From the sequence record PV785814.1: a stretch of DNA of 64,000 bases. One strand, written 5' to 3'. Positions 56,481 to 64,000 of this stretch are shown here, one piece after another. Both the position numbers and the translations under genes were made by a program. Each line of letters begins with the position of its first letter. The stretch's first letter is position 1. The notes beneath the pieces were generated by a model, which had not been told where the DNA came from, made no database searches, and saw only the letters and a program-made list of their open reading frames with translations.

Positions 56481-59159
56481 TTATTTCATTGAATAGTCAA
56501 TGGCTGTTAGCGTGTTCTCATAGAAACAAGCAACTTTCACTTCAGACACGATAGGCAATGCCCACATTGTTTGACTTTCAGTTATTGACGCTGTATCTCT
56601 GAATCTCAGATTAAACTTAGCATGTTCTGATTTCCATCTTAGTACGCTAGTAGCTGTAGTGTAATAACCGATGCCTTTCGCTGTTTTCAACGTAATATCA
56701 TCTTCAGGGTTGTGAACACCGAAGTAGTTCTCGAACTTATCTTCGAATTCTTGGTGTTGTTCATCAGTCCAATCATGTGGTAGTATGAACGTCTGAAGAA
56801 GAATCCATTTTCCGTTGTCAGCCGGGAAGTTGTCTACGACTTGAGTAGTCGGAAACAATACAGCATCAGTTCCATCACTCTTGACTAGAGAAGTTGTCGA
56901 GTCAAGTGCAGTTTTTACCTCACAGCCGAATGTCAGTGAACCGTTATCTTTGTCAATTGAGTTAACCCACATTGAAGCAAAGTATGGTCTAGACGGATCA
57001 ATGTCAACTTCATCCAATTCAATCCAAGAAGTTGCGCCAGTTGAACGAGTGAAAACTTTTTCGCCATTTGATAAAACATAGTTACCCCAATGAACGTTGT
57101 CACTTTCTAGAACAGGCATTGTAACACCGTCATACAGATTCGAATCTGAATTGTATGCATTAAGCCAACTTGTGTCATCAACTGCATTTCCTGAGATTGG
57201 CGAGTTGATTACGTCTTGAGCAGCCATACCATTGATGTTCGAGATCATATGAGGCACGCCGTCTGGCGTAGAAAATCCGCCTTTGAACAATAGAGCATAG
57301 TCAAAATACTCTTGATCTAAGTCAGACCATACACCAAATGTAACTGCGCCTGTTGGTACAGTTACAAAGTACTCTTGAGTTTCGAACATTTCAGACGAAC
57401 CAAATATAGCATTCTGACGACCTATTTCAGCATTGATAGCGTTGTAGAATCTCAAGTTGCAAGATTTAGTTCCGTTACCGATTGCAGTTGTTCGGTCAAT
57501 ACAAGCTCTGACTTTGTAAATCAAATTTTGACCCTCGACTATTCCGAAATCAGCAATGTTCTGGCGTTGATCGACTGGCACAATATCACGCGCTAATAAA
57601 GCGTTGCCGTAACCCGCTGAACCGATTCCATCTTTGTCTTCGAATGCAGTATCTACAATGCTATCACCCTCAGCGAGGTGAATACAACGGTCATATACAA
57701 TTCCCAGATCAGCGCGACCAAATGCAGCGTAGCTATACGGATAATTTCCGAAATACGAAGCACCTCGATACTCAACTGGTCGGTATTGATTGATTGCAGT
57801 ATCTACCGCAGTATCTGCATACATTGACCCGTTCGATATGATAAGGAATATCTCATTTGTCAAGTTATTCAGCGCATTGATAAAGTTACTTCTCTGCGTC
57901 GAGTTGTTTAACAGATATTTGCTGTTTGTCTTCACTGTCATGTTATCATTGAAAATGATGATTCTGATTTGTGAAGTTGATCTTGCTTCTGGTGTGAATA
58001 CGCTAACGTCATTCAAATAACATGATGCTAGATTTGAGCTTCCGTTTGCTACGCCTGTTGCTACTAGTCTAAAATTGTTGTTTGAAAACTCTCTTAGATG
58101 TCGCGTTGCAAGCCCATACTCGCCTATCATCGAACCAACTGGTGCATAAATCCACAGTTCGGTAATGTTTACTGTTTGACCGGGACCTGGCGTTGTATTT
58201 CCAGTGTATGCTTCTTGTTGACCAATTGCATACCACCACGATGTGCTATCAACCGAACCATCTGCAAGTGACTGAGGTCCCGTATTGAACTCTAAGCCAC
58301 CCCAACTACTAGCTGTAGACTGAATCGAGATTGCTTCATATCCGCGAACCCCACCTGCATACGCATCGTAATCGCCCGTGTAGTTTTTGATCAATGGTGC
58401 ATCTGACATCATGAAGTTGGTAATCCAACGTTTTCCAGACGGAACTTGACCACTTGTGTTCGTATAGCCGACAAACCACGACATATTTGACGTGTTTAGA
58501 GACGATGGTGTTGTGATTCTAGCATAGTGTCGTTTCCACACGATGCCGTCAATTGTTACTTCATTTCCCGCTGCTTCGAAAACATCACCGGGAGTTGGGC
58601 TTAGTGAAGACGCTGTACCTGACGCATTGAACCATTGCGCATGAAAAATTGCCGCGGTATCATGGTCTGATTCGTTTTCATATCCCACCCAACAAGACAG
58701 TGTATATGTTCTGTTTGGAAGTAAACGTGTTTGAGGTATATCAAATCTTAGCTGATTGTTTATTGCAGGCGTTGGCTGTTCTATTGTATACTTCGACGAC
58801 CCGGGATTCGATTTCTCGATGATATTCCACGTGCCTGTTGTCGATGTCTGCTCAGTTACAGATACGCCACCTGCTAAGTTACCGTTTGTTAGAAATTGAC
58901 CAACGCTGTTTGCTGCAAAGTTGTTACTCTGCTTCCAAATGTTAGTTACACCGAGTTCAGGGTAGTGTAGCTTGAATTGGAATTTGCCGTCTTCACGGCG
59001 AAATTCCTCAAGTCCATTTAACGCACTGAATTTAGCTTCAATGTCGGGATCAGTCCCGACACTTCTAGCCTCAGCGTTGGAGGTGAAATAAACACCTCCC
59101 GTAGAGTCGTGGCGAAAGACAAGAAGCCAATCGCCATCACGTTTAAGTCTTTCGTACAT
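56481..59159 (-). CDS. 35: gp35 long tail fibre hinge, enlarged (892 aa)
   Basis: Central segment resembles T4 gp35 (LATRHLREF..., SYAAF); downstream of 34; extra N- and C-terminal domains. Confidence 0.75.
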   Translation of the reverse strand: MYERLKRDGDWLLVFRHDSTGGVYFTSNAEARSVGTDPDIEAKFSALNGLEEFRREDGKFQFKLHYPELGVTNIWKQSNNFAANSVGQFLTNGNLAGGVSVTEQTSTTGTWNIIEKSNPGSSKYTIEQPTPAINNQLRFDIPQTRLLPNRTYTLSCWVGYENESDHDTAAIFHAQWFNASGTASSLSPTPGDVFEAAGNEVTIDGIVWKRHYARITTPSSLNTSNMSWFVGYTNTSGQVPSGKRWITNFMMSDAPLIKNYTGDYDAYAGGVRGYEAISIQSTASSWGGLEFNTGPQSLADGSVDSTSWWYAIGQQEAYTGNTTPGPGQTVNITELWIYAPVGSMIGEYGLATRHLREFSNNNFRLVATGVANGSSNLASCYLNDVSVFTPEARSTSQIRIIIFNDNMTVKTNSKYLLNNSTQRSNFINALNNLTNEIFLIISNGSMYADTAVDTAINQYRPVEYRGASYFGNYPYSYAAFGRADLGIVYDRCIHLAEGDSIVDTAFEDKDGIGSAGYGNALLARDIVPVDQRQNIADFGIVEGQNLIYKVRACIDRTTAIGNGTKSCNLRFYNAINAEIGRQNAIFGSSEMFETQEYFVTVPTGAVTFGVWSDLDQEYFDYALLFKGGFSTPDGVPHMISNINGMAAQDVINSPISGNAVDDTSWLNAYNSDSNLYDGVTMPVLESDNVHWGNYVLSNGEKVFTRSTGATSWIELDEVDIDPSRPYFASMWVNSIDKDNGSLTFGCEVKTALDSTTSLVKSDGTDAVLFPTTQVVDNFPADNGKWILLQTFILPHDWTDEQHQEFEDKFENYFGVHNPEDDITLKTAKGIGYYTTATSVLRWKSEHAKFNLRFRDTASITESQTMWALPIVSEVKVACFYENTLTAIDYSMK

Positions 59160-59167
59160 AAGTCACC

Positions 59168-62100
59168 TTATATCGCGTGACCGAAAGTGAACTCCAGCAC
59201 GCCTTGATTGTTTGTTGACATTCTTACAGAGCCAACTTGAATATAGTCTCTGTATTTAACACTGTCACCTGTACCGCCGTCTGGTGTGAACAAGTCGATA
59301 CGCTCAGAAAGCGTCTTACCTGCACCTGCCGATAGAGCTTGGTGTGGGTCTGAAGCATTCACTGGATCGGCTGTACGAACGTCACTTGTTACTTGAACGA
59401 TACCTTGACTTGTACGACTTGACTTGATTAGTCGAGCGTTTGCAATTGTACCGCTAGTGATGTTCTCACCAGAGTGATTGTGGCTATTGTCGTTAACTTG
59501 CACGTTTGTTGAAACGTTTCCGCTTCCGTCAATTGTGAAGTTACCAGTCAAGTCGCCAGTTAGTGTCACTGTACGCGCTGTAACCCACTTCTCAGCCGCT
59601 TTAGCTACGTTATTAATACCCAAGTACTTCTGACGTAGTGTTCCTGCTGCTGGGCTGCTGTAAGTCGCGTATGTACCATCGACGTTTGCAGTGCTTTGAG
59701 TCTCAGTAACCGCACCAGTAACGAATAGTCGAGAAGCATCAGTTGCCGAAGCACCGTCATTCACTCGAACAATACCCGAACCGTTTTGGAACGAAGTATC
59801 ACCGTTCGCAGCAAACAATTGGCGAACAGTTGCTGATCCGTCTTCTCGAATGCTCAATCCCGAAAGACTTACAAGAACATTCCATTCTTTATTAGATTGA
59901 TCTGTTTCAATCAGTGTTAAACGCGGCGAGTCCCCACGAACAATCAAATCATTCTGTGTGAATGTGTAAACGCCGTCAATCACATCTGATTCGTCACTAC
60001 GTGCAAACTGCGTGCTGTCGATACCATCTAGCAATTCTGAATCATCAGCTTTTGCATGTAATGGTAAGTAGTTACGCAATGCGTAATGCAAACCGTACGG
60101 GGTTACTGCATATGTGTTACGCAAGTAAGACGTATATGGCTGTGTTGAACCAACTGTGTCGTTACCAACGAACGTTTCTGCAATAGTCGCGTTATGAACT
60201 GTACCCCATTGAGATTCAGTCGCACGTGAGTTTGTACTGTTACGAGTCCAGTGCAGCAATTTAGCAGGCGTAACAATAGTTACATCATCTGTACCTGTAT
60301 CAATCTCGCCAGTTGTTGCAAGTTCAGCGATACCCGCTAGTGATTCTGTTGCACGACGTGCATTCAGTTTCGCAGGCGTGATGATCTTCGTATCTGACGG
60401 TACTAGCTGTGCGTTTGCTTCAGATTGCGTTGCAACTTCAAGCGTACCACGTTGAGTCTCAGTCGCTAGTGCAATCTCAAGATTGATGCCATTCCAAATA
60501 TCGCCTGTATGAGAGATACCAGAAACGCCGTAACCTGCACCTTGCAACACACCGTCACTTGTAAAGTGATCGTAAGCAAGCCACGTTTGTAGTTTCAGTG
60601 GGCTAACGATATGCGTATCAAGAGCACCAGCATCAACTTCAGCTTGTGTAGCAATCTCTGCAACACCGCGACGTGTTTCAGTAGCTGAACGGTTATGCAA
60701 TGTTTCTGGTGTGATGAACACAGTAGTCCATGATTCACCTGAGCCAGTAATTGCATTAGCTTCAGTTTGTGTCGCTGAACGAGCAATACCGCGAATTGTT
60801 GCACTTGCTTTCCACGCTGCTAATTTCTTAGGCGTGATGATTGCGTCATCTACTGTAGAATCGTTAACGCGAAGTTCACTTGATTTAGCAACCCACAATG
60901 TACCCGGTTGGTTCTCCGTAGCGCGATATTCATTAAGCATCTTCGGTGTTACGATACGAACATGATCATTGATGTCGTATACTGTATCAACTAGACCGTT
61001 AACTGTTCTGTCAGAACGCATATTTGCAGTAGAACCTAGCGTTCCGTTTGCATTTATGTTGTTAGAAGCCTTGACAAGCTCTGCTACACCTGTTAAATTC
61101 TCTTCCGCTTGAGCAGCATGAAACTTCTTCGGTGTCAGTACTTGTACATCGTTAGTTGTGCTTCGAGTTTCAGTCTGTGTTGCGATTTCAACAACACCAC
61201 GACGTGTCTCTGTAGCAGTTCTTGCGTTCAAGCTTCGAGGCGTGATAATAATATCATGTCTGAATGCTGAATCTGGGTAACGAACAAGCGTACCTGAACG
61301 TGATTCTTCAAGTGCTTCATCAGTATCGAGTGTAGCAATACGCGCAATACCGACTTGATCTTCTGCTGCACGACGTGCATCTAGAGTTTCAACCGTGATT
61401 ACGTGATCTTTCAGAGGACTTTGATCAGCCCATGGCTGTGCTGCGTCTTCTGAGTGTGCGTACTCAATGCCGTGTGCAAGTGCTTCAGTAGGGTCCGCTA
61501 ACGGAACAATACCTGGGCGTTTACGATGTAGTTCATCTGCAACGTCGATACGAGTTGCAATGTTACCGAACGACCATACTTTACGTGTGCCGTCGTAGTA
61601 CAGAACAAACGAGTAACCGCTGTCATAGTCGCTAATATCGAACGATTCAACGAAGAATGGTACGAAATCGACGTAATGACGATATTTCTGGTAGCGATAC
61701 GTTTCAAAGTCTAAGAATACTTTGTATTCATCGACGCCATGACCCGGGTCGTTATCACCGAAGTTTGGGTGTACTTGAACTGTTACTGTTTTATGTGCTG
61801 TTTTGTTATGCGAAATCTCAATCCAGTCACCATCAACTGGTTTTTCTGGTAGAGTGATCGTCATTGACGGTACAGCATCTGCGATTTCAATCGCGTAACG
61901 AGTACGTGGTTTAAGCGTTACTGAGCTTGATTCACCTACGTAGTTCCACAAGTGTGGGTTGTTCGCAAGTGTAATAATCCATACGCCTGTGCCGTTGTCA
62001 TCAATGAATGTGATGTCAGCCGCACCGATTGTATCTAAGCTGATCGTACTACTACGAACACCTGAGAATGGGTCTTGAACAATTTGACCAGTTGATACTG

Positions 62101-62908
62101 TTCGCACGCCAATTTGAATTGACGTTTGATTTTCAAGATACGCAACATCTTTAAGATGAATTGTGTCGCCCACGTTCGGGTTAAGCGGTAGCGAGATCGC
62201 AATTTTCTTCACTGAGCCGTCAAACGTAACAGTTTCACCGACGTTAGTGAAGTAACCACCTGTTGTCAGATACGCGCCTTGTTGGCTTGCGTGACTGTCA
62301 TCTAGGTATGTATGGTATGGTTGTTGGTTGATCTGATACGTCCATGCAATCCCGTTGTACACAAGATAAATTGTGCTTGAAGGGCGATTGAATGAAATAC
62401 TTGTGTCAGATTGTACGCCACCATTGATACCGTAATGCTGAATAGTTTTACCGCCAGCCGCAACAATAGAACATGGGTATGTTGAAATAACGCCACGCCC
62501 GTCTTTGATTGTTACTGTGTCGCCAGTAAGTGGCGATGCTGGTAGTGTAACTGTGATTGCTGAACTAGCAGTCAACAATAAGAAGTCACCGACGTTAGCA
62601 CCAACTGAAGAGTCTGTATCTTCCCATTCTGGGTCGTTACGCATCTTCTTCCACTTTTGTGGATCGAATGCTTCGGGCGCGTTGACTTCAATAATATTTT
62701 TGTAGAGACGTTGGTTAAATTCAACGATGAAATCTACTTTGTAGTGCGCTCGTGTTGAATCATACTCTTGAACGGTGTTTTCATCAATAAAGTAACCTTG
62801 GTTAATACCGTCGAACAGTTCATCAGTTCTTGGGTTAGCTACGTTGATTACGTTTTGATTACTTGCATCAAGACCTGACGCACGAAATGCTCTGCGGAAT
62901 TCCGACAT
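59168..62908 (-). CDS. 34: gp34 long tail fibre proximal subunit
   Basis: FRASGLDASNQNVINVA, repeated ATETRRGVAEIATQAE..., ELLDGIDSTQFARSD; ATG at 62908; TCTAAATA at 62949-62956. Confidence 0.95.
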   Translation of the reverse strand: MSEFRRAFRASGLDASNQNVINVANPRTDELFDGINQGYFIDENTVQEYDSTRAHYKVDFIVEFNQRLYKNIIEVNAPEAFDPQKWKKMRNDPEWEDTDSSVGANVGDFLLLTASSAITVTLPASPLTGDTVTIKDGRGVISTYPCSIVAAGGKTIQHYGINGGVQSDTSISFNRPSSTIYLVYNGIAWTYQINQQPYHTYLDDSHASQQGAYLTTGGYFTNVGETVTFDGSVKKIAISLPLNPNVGDTIHLKDVAYLENQTSIQIGVRTVSTGQIVQDPFSGVRSSTISLDTIGAADITFIDDNGTGVWIITLANNPHLWNYVGESSSVTLKPRTRYAIEIADAVPSMTITLPEKPVDGDWIEISHNKTAHKTVTVQVHPNFGDNDPGHGVDEYKVFLDFETYRYQKYRHYVDFVPFFVESFDISDYDSGYSFVLYYDGTRKVWSFGNIATRIDVADELHRKRPGIVPLADPTEALAHGIEYAHSEDAAQPWADQSPLKDHVITVETLDARRAAEDQVGIARIATLDTDEALEESRSGTLVRYPDSAFRHDIIITPRSLNARTATETRRGVVEIATQTETRSTTNDVQVLTPKKFHAAQAEENLTGVAELVKASNNINANGTLGSTANMRSDRTVNGLVDTVYDINDHVRIVTPKMLNEYRATENQPGTLWVAKSSELRVNDSTVDDAIITPKKLAAWKASATIRGIARSATQTEANAITGSGESWTTVFITPETLHNRSATETRRGVAEIATQAEVDAGALDTHIVSPLKLQTWLAYDHFTSDGVLQGAGYGVSGISHTGDIWNGINLEIALATETQRGTLEVATQSEANAQLVPSDTKIITPAKLNARRATESLAGIAELATTGEIDTGTDDVTIVTPAKLLHWTRNSTNSRATESQWGTVHNATIAETFVGNDTVGSTQPYTSYLRNTYAVTPYGLHYALRNYLPLHAKADDSELLDGIDSTQFARSDESDVIDGVYTFTQNDLIVRGDSPRLTLIETDQSNKEWNVLVSLSGLSIREDGSATVRQLFAANGDTSFQNGSGIVRVNDGASATDASRLFVTGAVTETQSTANVDGTYATYSSPAAGTLRQKYLGINNVAKAAEKWVTARTVTLTGDLTGNFTIDGSGNVSTNVQVNDNSHNHSGENITSGTIANARLIKSSRTSQGIVQVTSDVRTADPVNASDPHQALSAGAGKTLSERIDLFTPDGGTGDSVKYRDYIQVGSVRMSTNNQGVLEFTFGHAI

Positions 62909-62986
62909 TTCATTGCTCCTTTGTTTAGATATGCAATTCGCTATGTTATATTTAGACACACGATATAAACACATAGGAAACGGCAC

Positions 62987-63919
62987 ATGAGTTTAGAGGG
63001 TTTCTTCAAACGAAAGACAAAATCGTTTGACGGCTTACCAGCGGGGGTTAATCTCGTTGACTTTAGTCAGATTGTTTTGAGTACAATCATGGCGACGTAT
63101 AAGCCGACTGATTTACTTACCGTCGATTTGATTCGACACATCGTTCTGAACACGTTGCGTAGTAACGTATTAAAGAACAAGATTAAATACCCGCGTATTA
63201 TCTTGTGTATTGATAACGGCAAAGGCGGTTATTGGCGTAAGAAAGAAGCGTGGTATTACAAATACAAGCGTAGTGAGCAGCGGGACGAATCTGGGTGGGA
63301 TTTTGACACCATTTTCGAAGCAATGGCAACAATCAAAGAAGAAATTAAGCAGAATATGCCGTATTTCGTTATGGACATTGAAGGCGTAGAAGCCGATGAC
63401 CATATTGGTGTGTTGACTAACTATTACGTAAGTAAAAACGTACCTGTTTTAATCACGTCTTCAGACGGTGACTTTACTCAGTTGCACACGAGCAAGCTTG
63501 TGTCACAGTGGTCGCCAATTCAGAAGAAGTGGGTAAAACCAAAACATGGTTCGCCAGAAATGGACATCATGTTCAAGTGCATCAAAGGCGATAAGAAAGA
63601 TGGCGTTGCACCGATGAAAGCGCCAAATGATCACTATACACATGGTGATGGTCGTCGTGCGCCGTCTGTTCGTAAAGAAGAGCTTCGCACGCTTATGACT
63701 TCTACGCCAGAAGAGCTTAAAACTCTTCTTACTGACGAGCAATTTGCTCGTTACGAAGAAAACAGAAAATTGTTAGATTTCGCGTTTATTCCTAAGAATA
63801 TCAGTGATAGTATTATCGAACAATTTGAAACGCAAAAGCCTGCACCGCGCAGTAAAATCATGATGTATTTCGCTTCTAAGAAGTTAGATAAACTGATTGA
63901 GAGCATGAGCGAATTTTAA
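62987..63919 (+). CDS. rnh: T4-type RNase H (5'-3' flap exonuclease)
   Basis: LVDFSQIVLST, GYWRK, EADDHIGVL, SSDGDFTQL, KGDKKDGVA. Confidence 0.97.
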   Translation: MSLEGFFKRKTKSFDGLPAGVNLVDFSQIVLSTIMATYKPTDLLTVDLIRHIVLNTLRSNVLKNKIKYPRIILCIDNGKGGYWRKKEAWYYKYKRSEQRDESGWDFDTIFEAMATIKEEIKQNMPYFVMDIEGVEADDHIGVLTNYYVSKNVPVLITSSDGDFTQLHTSKLVSQWSPIQKKWVKPKHGSPEMDIMFKCIKGDKKDGVAPMKAPNDHYTHGDGRRAPSVRKEELRTLMTSTPEELKTLLTDEQFARYEENRKLLDFAFIPKNISDSIIEQFETQKPAPRSKIMMYFASKKLDKLIESMSEF

Positions 63920-63926
63920 AAAACTG

Positions 63927-63954
63927 TTTAGAACAACTCGTGCTGCTGTATAAT
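63927..63954 (+). promoter_or_regulatory. Early-type promoter for the next gene (outside the window)
   Basis: GTTTAGA-16/17-TATAAT followed by GAGG RBS at the window end. Confidence 0.6.
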
Positions 63955-64000
63955 GAGCAGCACGAAACAACGACATTGAACAAAACATATTGAGGTAACG

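Noticed and set aside
62680-62800. CBM-like module in the gp34 N-terminus as a novelty
   Set aside because: T4 gp34 has the equivalent segment, so it is not an accessory insertion

Overview
A 64-kb segment of a lytic T4-superfamily myophage genome, most similar in gene order and content to the KVP40/nt-1-like Vibrio phages (Schizotequatrovirus; assignment from recalled sequence similarity and synteny, not a database search). It spans the virion morphogenesis module: 57B(acb1)-57A-1-3-29-51-26-54-2-4 leftward; 48-53-27-5-5.1-5.4-25-6-7-8-9-10-11-12-12'-wac-13-14-15-16-17-18-19-20-67-68-21-22-23 rightward. Next come an accessory island (CCA-adding enzyme, foldon-bearing fibre, two Inh paralogues, putative internal head proteins), uvsW/uvsY, gp35, gp34 and RNase H. 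The strongest novelty candidates are: (1) a promoter-driven array of structured non-coding RNAs at 1-490, with covarying tandem pseudoknots, a duplex-closed RNA and a tRNA mimic lacking an anticodon arm; (2) three dispersed copies of a terminator/palindrome/9-bp-iteron/promoter element; (3) a likely -1 frameshift fusing gp26 to gp51 just upstream of the tape-measure gene; (4) a late, probably packaged protein carrying a domain resembling one from phosphorothioation-associated methyltransferases; (5) virion add-ons: CBM5/12-like modules in gp10, a duplicated gp12, a Trp-repeat tail on gp15 and an N-terminal double-foldon fibre. No CRISPR array, intron, intein or homing endonuclease was recognised.
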